A stretch of DNA of 64,000 bases from Eledone cirrhosa (lineage: Eukaryota), in NCBI GenBank assembly GCA_964016885.1, contig OZ024746.1, forward strand, positions 99,014,001 to 99,078,000. Direction: 5' to 3'. Below, piece after piece: positions 52,524 to 64,000 of the stretch (positions are counted from its first letter, which is position 1; each line of letters starts with the position of its first letter). Under the pieces are notes generated by a model that was given only the letters and a program-made list of their open reading frames with translations, had not been told where the DNA came from and ran no database searches. The position numbers and the translations under genes were made by a program.

Positions 52524-53778
52524 CAGGGTTCGGCAACCTTTTGTGGTGTGCGGGCCACATAGCTATGCAGTGTCTCGTTGGCAGACCACATAGCTATGCA
52601 GTGTCTCGTCAGCGGGCCACATAGCTATGTAGTGTCTCATTGGCGGGCCACATTGCTATGTAGTGTCTCATTGGCGGGCCACATAGCTATGCACTGTCTC
52701 GTCAGTGGGCTACATAGCTATGTAGTGTCTCATTGGCGGGCCACATAGCTATGCACTGTCTCGTCAGTGGGCTACATAGCTATGCAGTGTCTCGTTGGAA
52801 GGCCACATAGCTATGTAGTGTCTCATTGGCGGGCCACATTGCTATGCACTGTCTCGTCAGTGGGCCACATAGCTATGTAGTGTCTCATTGGCGGGCCACA
52901 TTGCTATGCAGTGTCTCGTCAGTGGGCTACATAGCTATGCAGTGTCTCGTTGGAAGGCCACATAGCTATGCAGTGTCTCGTTGGAAGGCCACATAGCTAT
53001 GCAGTGTCTCGTTAGTGGGCCACATAGCTATGTAGTGTCTCATTGGCGGGCCACATTGCTATGCAGTGTCTCGTCGGCCGGCTACATAGCTATGCAGTGA
53101 CTCGTCAACGGGCCACATAGCTATGCAGTGTGCCATCAGTGGGCCACATAGCTATACAGTGTCTCGTCAGTGGGCCACATTACTATGCAGTGTCTCGTCA
53201 GCGGGCCATGATATCAAATAAGGAATGACAACATATGTAAAAACGAAAACAGTAATATGATTAAAATACTGATACTGTGACAAAACCACGACACCTGGCG
53301 GACTATTTAGATCAGGGTTGCCATTTTTTCGATGAAAAACTTTACTTCCAATAAAACTGAACACTTTTAATATAGAAAAATATGTAAACATTGATTATTA
53401 TGAAATACAGTCACAGATGTTTTACTACCAGACAGCTAACTCAAATGGAAGATTTTGAGGATGAAATGAAATAACTTTATGTCAGACACACTGACTTGTT
53501 TTTGGTAAGTCTGGGTCGTTCCACATCCCTGCCATACATATACTATGTATGTACGTATATACACTTACACACACAGTCCCCTTGACCTCGATGTCTGACT
53601 ATTTTATCTGAGTTTGATTGTTTGTTACTGTCACGTTAAAACATTACGTTCAGCTGAGTCTTGTGGCCAGACATGTTCTCTGGTCGGTATTATAATTTTA
53701 AATAATTCAGAGCACATTTTCAGGGATCACTTAGCCTAAGATTGAAACCTGTTGGCGGGCCGGGGTTACCGAACCCTG
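52524..53778. mobile_element. Non-autonomous hAT element
   Basis: TIR CAGGGTTCGGCAACC / GGTTACCGAACCCTG; TSD ATATAGAG/ATATAGAT. Confidence 0.88.
52552..53208. repeat. 31-bp tandem repeat (~21 copies) inside the hAT element
   Basis: Unit GGGCCACATAGCTATGCAGTGTCTCGTCAGC. Confidence 0.95.
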
Positions 53779-54979
53779 ATATAGATGCTCGATACTAATT
53801 TCGTATATGTTGTAGAAGAAAATGTATGTAAACTCATGTCAAATACTCGACTGATATGCCTTCATTGTTATTTGAATTTTCGTTTTATTTGCTAAAGTAC
53901 GATGATAGTGTGATAAAGCCATTTTTACTCCGAATATGAATTTCTACCAAATCAAAATTTATTAGCTAAACATTTGAGGTGTCTTTCAAGACATCATTGC
54001 ATTAGACACTGCGAGAACAAGAAAATTAGATTCATTTGAGCAATAATTAATCTTCCGAATATTCACTACTAGATGACCTGTCTGTCAATTTTGAATCAGT
54101 TGTCACAATTTGATATAAGGTCACAAAGTTTTCTTGCGTTATGAGCGAGCAAAGGTCGAAAAGAATTTGGGTCATCTGCCAGAGACTTCCTGTCATCCAG
54201 AAATTCTGCAGCTCACACTATAGTTACTCTCATCTACATGTCTGAATATATGAAAGTATATTTATATAAAGAAACAGTCGTTTATTGTTTGCTTGTATTG
54301 ATGTTTTCAGTTTTTATGAAGAGTCATTTAAGTCTAAACATTATACATCTTGAAAGGTACCTATTTGTAAGGACAACACATAATTAGAGAATCTACGTTT
54401 TTAGAGTTTTGCTTCAGATGATGAAATGTTTTATTAACAATTGCGTGTGGGTGTACGTACACCCAGCTTACAGCCTGCATTATAGGACATTCCCAGTGTT
54501 AGTCAACGATTGGATGAATATGTACATATAACTGCGTGTGTGTGGAGGGGGGGGGGTCTGTCTGTATGTCTGTGCATAAGGCATGTGCAACTGTGTTGGT
54601 TTGTAGAAGAGATTGTGTAGTTGTATGAGCTCGGTAAATGTTAGAGAACGTGAGACTGAATTTAGGTCATGTAATGTTAAGGTCAAGGTCAATATTTGGA
54701 TTAAAAAAAATTATTTCGAGATGCAAGAAGCGAGAGATCTGGGACTGAAGGATGAGCTAAAGACTGTGGGATGTTGGGGAGAGTTGTTGGCAAAACGGAA
54801 ATGGCAAATAACTGGTGACCGGTTGCTAATTCTGATTTCATGCATATATATGTATAAATATATGTGTGTGCGTGTGTTTGCGTACATGTGCGAGTGTATA
54901 TATATACATACACACATATATATATATATATACACTCGCGCATGTACGCAAACACATATATTTATACATATATATGCAT

Positions 54980-55400
54980 GAAATCAGCATCGGCTGGGGA
55001 GAGTTGCGTGAGGCCGTCGAGATAGGAACTGAAATCATCCACCGTCTCCAATTCCCGCCCTCCCTGAGCAGTCAAGTGCTGGCGAAAGGCCGCATACATC
55101 TGCCTGGAATCGTTTAGAATGCTGTTCGTCTGTGTCGAATCGCGGTTTTGTTACCACGCTGCGCCTCCGCCACACGGGCCCATCAAACATCTTTCCTTCC
55201 CTTGTTTCTTAGAACACGCGCTCTGAAAATGAAACCTTCGTATTTTGCATTGAAGAAATGGTCTAATGCCATTTTCGCCGCTGGCTTGTCAGTTGCAATG
55301 TCACTTCTAATCGCCTCGTCTAATTTAGCTACAGACTCCCCCTCCTTTCTATTTTTTTTCTAACGCTACTTCTTTACTAAAACCTGTTGAAATTAGTCTA
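54980..55400 (-). mobile_element. Tx1/L1-like LINE ORF2 fragment (EN-RT linker)
   Basis: KMALDHFFNAKYEGFIFRARV...WARVAEAQRGNKTAIR...DFSSYLDGLTQLSPADA. Confidence 0.55.
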
Positions 55401-55554
55401 ATCTCTCTGTTGAGAACACCACCTATTGTTGACGACCAAGCCTGTCAACTTACACTAAAGTTAATATAAACTCAACGTGTCGGGAATGATGCGATGTGTT
55501 TCCAGTAATCATGTCCTAGCCTATAAGTTCTTCACAGATCAAATAATAAAGACA

Positions 55555-56050
55555 GGCTCACATCGTATCAGAGTGTAAACTCCTCACCCAGACTCACTAT
55601 AAAGGATGGAGGCATGATATTAAAGCAAAAGCAATCCACTGATTTACCCCACGCTGAGAGCTGGTATGAACATAAGCCAGAACTGGTGATGGAAAATGAC
55701 CGGGTGAAGGTGTTATGGGATTTCAGAATAGAAACTGATAAAGAATTAGAATATAATAGGTCTGACTTGCTGGGTTTTGCTTGGTTATAGATATAGCTTG
55801 CCCCTTCGACACAAGAGTAGAGGAAAAGGAGAGGAGAAAAACCGGTACCAGGACCTGAAATAGGAACTGGAAAAAAAAATTGGAACTGTCATGAGATCAA
55901 GGTGATGTGATCGTCATGGGAGTACTGGGTACTATATCGAATAGTTTCCAAGGCTGGCTAAAGACCATTAGCCTCAACCCCCTCGTTTTGGAACACTTCA
56001 CAAGGCCTAGTTGGAACGGCAAAGACTCTCCGATATGTCCTGAATATCTG
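55555..56050 (+). mobile_element. R4/Dong-like non-LTR retrotransposon C-terminal (CCHC + REL) fragment; second piece at 56290-56420
   Basis: HIVSEC..L...YK.WRHD...WYEHKPE.VMEN..VKVLWDF.I.TD....NR.D...IDIACPFD...YQDLK. Confidence 0.85.
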
Positions 56051-57159
56051 CGGGTAGCAGCTTGATATTCATTAGGGAAATAATTGTTTCTACTTTTGGC
56101 ACAAGGCCAGCAATTACCCAGTACGTTACTGGTACTTTATTTTATCGACCCCGTAAGGATGAAAGGCAAAGTTAATCTCGGCGGGATTTGAACTCAGAAC
56201 ATAAAGGGACGTAACTCTATGCTGCGAAGCAGGGTGTCCGACGCTCTACCGATTCTAAGTAACCAAAAAATAATAATAGAATAATAGGGCATGTATTGTG
56301 GGACGACAGGGTGAATGGGAAGGAAAGTGAGAAAGTTGAGAAATACCAGGAGCTGAAGAGAGAAATCAGGAAACTATGGAGAATCAGACATGTAGAAGTG
56401 GTACCGATTGTGGTTGGCAAAGGGAGCAATTCCCCCGGTCCCCCTGAAGTGGGAGGGCCCCACAAGCGACGGCCATAGAAATTTATTTGTGCCCTCAGCT
56501 GGGCTTTTTAGTTTTAGGATGGTTAGAATTTTTGAAGCAACCGTCTCCAACTGATCCGACTGGATCTCCAAACGAGACCAGCCAAGCTCATGGATGTTAT
56601 CCAACCATCTTGCTCAGGGTCTACCTCTGCTTTAAATGCAGACAATCACTGATATACCACTTAATTCTTTTCCTAATATTTTCGGTCTTTACTCGGAACT
56701 TGCAGGCCATGTTTTACACTTCGTTAACTTCATGGGGCTGACTTATTCAAAACGCTTTCTAAAAGATTGATAGATATATTATAGGTGAGGGCAAGAGAGG
56801 ATTTAACGTGGAGGGGGGGGGCAAAGAATGGCAATTGCCCCAGGACCCCTACAGTAATGGGCCCCACCAGCGACGGCCGTAGTAATTTATTTGTGCCCTC
56901 AGCTGGGCATTTTAGTTTTAGCATGGTTAGAATTGTTTAATTTAATGCCTGTATGTATAACTTTTCAACTCCAATTACTTGCTTCAAGCTAACTTTGATA
57001 TGTAAAATTAGGGAGTTTGTTGTGTATTCTATTGTTTTGTGTATGAGGGGACCCCAAACCGGAAGTGCCCTGTCCCCCCTCCAAAGGTCTAAATCCAACC
57101 CTGATTCTAAGAAATAAATATAGTGTGTAAAGATAAATACAAAACTAAATAAAAAGTGT

Positions 57160-57975
57160 GTCGGAGGCTGGAAAGACTATAGCTAGTTGTCTCACAGGTG
57201 ATGGGGTCTCGGAGGCTGGAAAGACAATAGGTAGTTGTCTCACAGGTGATGGGGTCTCGGAGGCTGGAAAGACAATAGGTAGTTGTCTCACAGGTGATGG
57301 GGTCTCGGAGGCTGGAAAGACTATAGCTAGTTGTCTCACAGGTGATGGGGTCTCGGAGGCTGGAAAGACAATAGGTAGTTGTCTCACAGGTGATGGGGTC
57401 TCGGAGGCTGGAAAGACTATAGCTAGTTGTCTCACAGGTGATGGGGTCTCGGAGGCTGGAAAGACTATAGCTAGTTGTCTCACAGGTGATGGGGTCTCGG
57501 AGGCTGGAAAGACTATAGCTAGTTGTCTCACAGGTGATGGGGTCTCGGAGGCTGGAAAGACAATAGGTAGTTGTCTCACAGGTGATGGGGTCTCGGAGGC
57601 TGGAAAGACTATAGCTAGTTGTCTCACAGGTGATGGGGTCTCGGAGGCTGGAAAGACAATAGGTAGTTGTCTCACAGGTGATGGGGTCTCGGAGGCTGGA
57701 AAGACAATAGGTAGTTGTCTCACAGGTGATGGGGTCTCGGAGGCTGGAAAGACAATAGGTAGTTGTCTCACAGGTGATGGGGTCTCGGAGGCTGGAAAGA
57801 CAATAGGTAGTTGTCTCACAGGTGATGGGGTCTCGGAGGCTGGAAAGACAATAGGTAGTTGTCTCACAGGTGATGGGGTCTCGGAGGCTGGAAAGACAAT
57901 AGGTAGTTGTCTCACAGGTGATGGGGTCTCGGAGGCTGGAAAGACAATAGGTAGTTGTCTCACAGGTGATGGGTC
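57160..57975. repeat. 48-bp minisatellite, 17 copies, two variant types
   Basis: TCGGAGGCTGGAAAGAC(A/T)ATAG(G/C)TAGTTGTCTCACAGGTGATGGGGTC. Confidence 0.97.
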
Positions 57976-58414
57976 TCTTAAATGTTAATCAGATGAATCT
58001 CATGTTAAATATCTTCTTCTTCCCTCTCTATATATATCTTTTCTCTCCCTCTTTCTTTCTCCATCTCTCTCTCTTTGTCTCTCTCTATCATTTTCTCTCC
58101 CTCTTTTTCTCTATCTTTCTCTCTCTATCTCTCTTCATCTCTCTCTACCCCTCTCCCTCTCCATCCTATCCTTCTTCACCCTCTCACCCCCACCCCACCT
58201 CACCCTCTCACCCCCTATCCATCTCCATCCTATCCCTCTTCACCCCTTCTCCACCCTCTTCACCCCCCTCTCTCCCCCTCTCACCCACCCTCTCTCCCCC
58301 TATCCCTCTTCACCCTCTCTCTTGACACTAAGTAAATTAATCTACACAGGAACAATGTAACAAGACAAACATTTTAGGAATCTTTTTCTGATTTCGTTGT
58401 TACTTCTGCCTCAT

Positions 58415-58445
58415 ATTACACATACACACACACACATACACACAC

Positions 58446-58478
<33 letters not shown>

Positions 58479-58826
58479 TACACACACACACATACACACA
58501 CACACATACACACATACACACACACATACACACACACACATACACACACACACATACACACATACACATACACATACACACACACATACACACACACATA
58601 CACACACATACACACATACACACATACACATACACATACACATACATACATACACAAATACACACATACACACATACACATACACACATACACACACACA
58701 TACACACACACACACATACACACATACACCCACACATACACGTACACACATACACACACATACACACACACATACATACACACACATACACACCCACACA
58801 TACACATACATACACATACATATACA

Positions 58827-58867
<41 letters not shown>

Positions 58868-59307
58868 ATACACACACATACACACACATACACACACATA
58901 CACACACATACACATATATATACACATACACACACATACACACATACACATACACACACATACACATACACACACATACACATACACACACATACACACC
59001 CACACATACACATATACACACATACACACTCACACATACACACACACATACACACATACATACACATACACACATACACACATACACATACACACACACA
59101 TACACACATATACACATACACACATACACACCCACACATACACATACGCACACATACATATACACACACATATACACACACACGCACACACACATACACA
59201 CACACGCATACACATGTATAATGTGTACGTGTTTATTTGTGTCTGTAAACATATCTATGTGTGTATGTGCGCCCGAACGTGTATATGTGTGATTATACAC
59301 ACACACA

Positions 59308-59406
<99 letters not shown>

Positions 59407-59578
59407 GTATAGGTATGTATAAACATACATATGTATCGCACATATATATATATATATATATATATATGCATGTGTGTGTGTGTCTGTGTGTGTGTGTCTG
59501 TGTGTGTGTCTGTGTGTGTGTCTGTGTGTGTGTGTTTGTCTCTGTGTGTGTGTGCTTGTCTGTGTGTGTGTGTTTGTC

Positions 59579-59618
<40 letters not shown>

Positions 59619-59645
59619 TGTCTGTGAGTGTATGTGTGTATGTGT
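58415..59645. repeat. (CA)n/(CATA)n followed by (GT)n degenerate tracts
   Basis: Directly visible. Confidence 0.95.
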
Positions 59646-61580
59646 ACCAACATTCCGTTTATAATTAGATAAATAGATTACAGTTAGAGAGATAGAAGTA
59701 TGGATATAAAAACATGTTAAAATAAATGTATATAAATACAAGATGGCTGCTAACGTACGTGGTGAGAGACATGCAAGCGCATATGGGTTGATAATGGCGG
59801 TTATTGTAACGGGGTCTGTACTGTGCTTCCGTGCTAAACCCACGGCCCAGTTTTAAGGACCCCTTCGGTCACGAATGACCATGGTTTTGTACCTAGAATG
59901 TTTCCCTACGTGGCAAGGTGTGTTGTGGAAGACCAACAGTCGCTCATATATTCCAGTTTCCCATGTCCAAGGGACAGCAATGGCCGATACAGCTTTGCAA
60001 CTAGTGACGTCGCAACTCATTTCTACAGCTGAGTAAACTGGAGCAACGAGAAATAAAGTGTCTTGCTCAAGAACACAGCGAATCTAACCTTGCCTAGGGT
60101 GCCAGATAGTCTGGCGCCGACCCTAGGTAGAGCCAGTCATTTGGGTACCACTCAAAACGTTTCATACATTTCAATAGGCCTTAGAACTGCTATCGGTGCC
60201 CATGTCTTCTTCAAATGTCCCGGCCTTCAATGAATTTAACCTGCCCGCAAAAGCATTAATCGGGGCCAAAAAGTGAAAGTCTGGTGAGAACTCATCCTTC
60301 CGTAAGGATGCACTGGCAGGCATCACAGTATTTTCTCTACCCAAACACAATACGGGTGTATAGAATATTGCAAATATGTATTTAAGGTATGCATATATTG
60401 AAAAATAAAAGCACCAGGTAATTTAACTGTAAACAACGACTGATATTGTTATGTTAACAACCTTAGACTTTGACCTGACATAATCTTTGTTTCTGGGTGT
60501 GTATTATTATGTTTATAGGCGGCGAATTGCTTTAAGGTATTCAATCCGGCTCTCTGATCTCTGAGTTCAAATCCCGCCGAGGTCAACTTTTCCTTTCATC
60601 CTTTCGAGGTCGATAAAAAAGTACCAGTCAAGTACTGAGGTAGATTCTTCCTCTATATCTTTTTGGCCTTTTCTCTCTCTCACTTTCTATCTTTCTCTGG
60701 AAGAAATCTGCTGAACTCACGCCTGGAGGGGGATGGGGTCCGCCAGGCTTAAAATGCCCTAGAAACGACTCTATCAGGTGTTACGGGACCATATATTATG
60801 TTTGAAATAAATGGCGATCAGATTATATCATGAGACTGTAGTAACAGAATCAGTTTCAATCAATGAATGTCAAGATCGATGTTAGGGTTAGGGTTAGTAT
60901 TTGATCTGGGTCACTGCGCTCCCAGTTCAAATTCCACCAAAGTCAACTTTGAATTTCATCCGTTCGAGGTCGCTAAATAAAGCCCCTATCTCGTAGTGAA
61001 GCTGTTTCTTCCTTACTTCACTCTCTGTCTTCCTTTCTACGTCACACTTTCTATCTCACTCTCTATCATTCTCGGTCACACTCTCTTTCTCCCTCTCTCT
61101 CTCTTTCTCAATCTCCTCTTCCTCTCCCTCTCCTTCCTATTTCCCTCTCTATCTCTCTCCCCCTCTCCCCGCCACCTCCCTATCTCTCACTCAAAGAAAT
61201 CGCCTGTCTTCTGACTTTGAGAGGGTTTTGTTCCGCCATATTTAAAATGGCCGAGACATGTCATGTGTCAGGACGGTATCTCGACGACTCCATCAAAAGT
61301 TAAGAGTAATTTCACTTCACAATGAATGTCCAATAAATTTACACCTATAACTTCTCAATAGAAAATTGAACACAGGATGTGTGCTAGTGGTACGTCCTTA
61401 TTTTTGTTACTTCCTCGTTATCCTGCCAACCACCCAGTATCATATCATTCAAGGCTACGAATGGTAGCTTTTTACTACCATTACACCTCTCGCTCTCATC
61501 TTTTTTTCTAATCATCTAGTTTTCTGGGTTTATATGTCGAAAATAGTTTATTTTTCATACTTCAAATAATTTACTTTAAA

Positions 61581-61799
61581 AATATTGTTATATCTGGAGA
61601 AGGTCATGTTGTCCTATCATTGCCAAACATACTAAAACACACTGTTTGGTTTGGTTTTCGCTTCAGTTTAAGCATATATTTTTTTTATAGAAATATAAAA
61701 TATACTGAAACATAAGTGAAAACCAAACCAAACAGTGAGTGTGTTTTAGTATTTTTGGCAATATTGGAACAACATGACCCTCTCCAGATACAACAATAT
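61581..61799. mobile_element. Fold-back element; single arms at 9340-9435 and 35905-35968
   Basis: Imperfect ~95-bp inverted arms; shares CAAACAGTGAGTGTGTT..TGGCAATATT..ATGACCCTC.CCA.AT.CAACAAT with the other copies. Confidence 0.7.
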
Positions 61800-61959
61800 C
61801 TGTTTCAAGACATGATTTCATATAAAAACAACCTTGCAAAACAAATGCCTTAAAAGTGTTAACTATCTTCGAATAGTTGTCTATCTATATTATTATTGTG
61901 AGTTTGTTAATCTGGAGTTTCACCAGCTTATCACGAGTCAAGTATTTAATATATGTGTA

Positions 61960-62236
61960 AAAGTGACGTCCGAACGAGTGTCCTCCACTACCAACTAACT
62001 TGCCCTCTGCCTTTGGATCCTGGCCGATAAGATGGAGAATTCATTGCCCCGGAGGACGGCGAGGGAGTCGTTATAGAACAGCCACTTCACCTCGAGGGGC
62101 TCACACCTGCGGGCGGCCAACTCTGCTACGATAGCAGTGAGCAAGAATGTGGTCTGGGGGCCAAGAACGCCGGAATATCCACTGCTATAGGCCCTACCAC
62201 AAACCTATCCGAGAGCCGTCGATACTTGGACAGGTT
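61960..62236 (-). mobile_element. CRE-clade 3' end; shorter relatives at 25895-25990 and 63570-63660
   Basis: LSKYRRLSDRFVVGPIAVD...RRCEP...LRGNEFSILSA. Confidence 0.7.
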
Positions 62237-62265
62237 GTTGATAGATTTATCATGAAATATACGAA

Positions 62266-62608
62266 CTGTTTGTTCGCTTTTTATGCGAAGATGCACTCGT
62301 AAACGCGGCGCGTAAAACAAATTCGCGTAATTCAAGTCTAATTTTCTGATGAATAAAAAAATTAAAAACCACACGCGTTATAGCGTGTTATTCGCGCAAT
62401 GTGAATATTTAGTAATATTTTTTCAAGACGCGTTAAAGCGAATTCGCGTATTTCAAGTCTAATTTTCTGATTATATAAAAACAAATAAATAAAAACCACA
62501 CGCGTTATAGCGTGTTATTCGCGGAAAGTGAATATTTAATAATATCTATTCAAGATGAGTTAAAGCGAATTCGCGTATTTCAAGTTCGCGTAAAAGGCTA
62601 ACAGACTG
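62266..62608. mobile_element. Tc1/mariner/pogo-type MITE with an internal ~130-bp duplication
   Basis: Imperfect terminal inverted repeats (20/26 match, 62264-62289 vs 62585-62610), right end CTG+TA, CGCG-rich body. Confidence 0.6.
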
Positions 62609-63659
62609 TATATAAATTTCGTATGATACGTGTACTGGAACATCACGTGTACTATTGCTCTGAGTGCAGAAGATAATTAGCAGCTAACACCCCTGACGTT
62701 CTCTCTTAGTCGTGTATTAAGACGTGTGTATGAATTGTCTCAATTTTATTTTCAGTCGTTTTAACCTTGTTATATTTGTGTATGATTTCACCCCTATGAC
62801 TATGGCTCCCACTAAAACTATGCAATCATTCAAGGACGACTAGCTGCAAGATCTCGAACATAGCAGTGTTACTCTGGGGTATTTAACTGAATCCTTACTA
62901 CTGAAAACTAAGGCCTCTACAAACAGTAAAAAAATAATATTCATGTAACTAATTCTAGAACTGATATTACTCTATTCATGGCAAAAGAGAAGTTAACAGA
63001 ATGTGAACCAGCAAGTAAACTGTTTATTGCTGGCGATACCGTAAAACACAAAATTCCGTTCACAAACATTGATGCTCTATAACATGATTTGGCATGGATG
63101 AATGTGGACTGTGTTGTAGAAATGTAAACTTAGTAATTTTCTTGGTGTGGTCAAACCTAGAAGTGTCAAAAACACTAGATTTGTCAACTATGTTTGTGTG
63201 TGTATAAGTGCGGTAAATATATATATATATATATATACATATAAACCAGGTATCGTGTGGCTCAGTGGTAAGAGAATCGGATTCGTAATCATGAGGTTGT
63301 GAGTTCGATTCCTGGACTGTGCGATGCGTTATGTCCTTGAGCAAGACACTTTATTTCCCGTTGCTCCTTCTACCTGGAGTTACGACCGATAGATAGTATT
63401 AGCAATTAGAAAGACCAATGGAAACATTGTTTCCTCGGTCCGATTTGACGAAAGTCGATCGACGGTCGACATCAGGTCCCAACACAAAGGAACAAAACTC
63501 CCACTGCCACCACTTCCGTCTTTCTCGCTCTCCCTATCTCTCACTATCATGAGCCAATGAGGGCCTAAGCGCTAGCCACCCCACGACCCCGGTAGTCAGA
63601 ATTGAGAAGGCGCTTCTTTGGAGGATGATGAGGGAGACGCGCTGGAAGATCTTCCTCTG

Positions 63660-64000
63660 ACTGTATGCAAAAGACTCATCGATTACATAAAGACTCAGAG
63701 ATTACGCAATGGCTCAGCTATGGCGCAAAGACTCGGCGATTAAGCAATGACTCAGTGATGACGTAACGGTTCAGCGCTTACACAAAGACTCAACAATGAC
63801 GCACATGCTCAGTGATTACGTAATGACTCAGCGATGACGTAAATGCTCAGCGATGACGTAAATACTCAGCGATTATATAAAGACTCAGCGATGGCGTAAA
63901 GACTCAGCGATGACTTAAAGGCTCAGCGATAACGTAATGGTTCAGCGGTGATGTAAAGGTTCAGCGATGACTTAAAGGTTCAGCGATAACGTAAAGGTTC
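63660..64000. repeat. 19-bp tandem repeat (TCAGCGATGACGTAAAGAC-like), running off the window
   Basis: About 18 degenerate copies are visible. Confidence 0.9.

Noticed and set aside
57145-57988. 16-aa repeat proteins on both strands
   Set aside because: A 48-bp unit that happens to be stop-free in two frames. There are no splice signals or synonymous-site variation pattern.
60882-60897. Telomeric TTAGGG repeat
   Set aside because: Only ~2.5 units; expected by chance or as a simple repeat.
63250-63320. tRNA gene
   Set aside because: Has A/B boxes but no proper acceptor or anticodon stems, and runs into a CORE-like SINE body.

Overview
Eukaryotic, AT-rich, repeat-saturated DNA, most likely from an octopod cephalopod (inferred from the SINE families and the (TA)n/(CA)n load). 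Almost all long ORFs in the track are microsatellite or minisatellite artefacts. The only convincing host coding segment is a probable last exon of ATMIN/ASCIZ (48669-49309, TQT motifs that bind dynein light chain LC8). Its last ~11 codons and stop come from a CRE-type retrotransposon 3' end. The rest is a mosaic of SINEs, hAT/piggyBac/Tc1-type MITEs, Helitrons and fragments of RTE, Tx1/L1, R4/Dong, CRE and Penelope-like retroelements. The most interesting signal is a dense set of short elements embedded in (TA)n tracts that carry type I hammerhead ribozyme (HHR) motifs. There are about 14 near-complete motifs plus several half-motifs, in roughly 8 sequence families. Many are folded back at or near the ribozyme, and two show the U3-A8 core covariation. 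One zig-zag locus (27616-29087) has HHRs on both strands and would release a 342-nt, almost fully base-paired, viroid-like unit. All structures were paired by eye; no folding or database searches were run.
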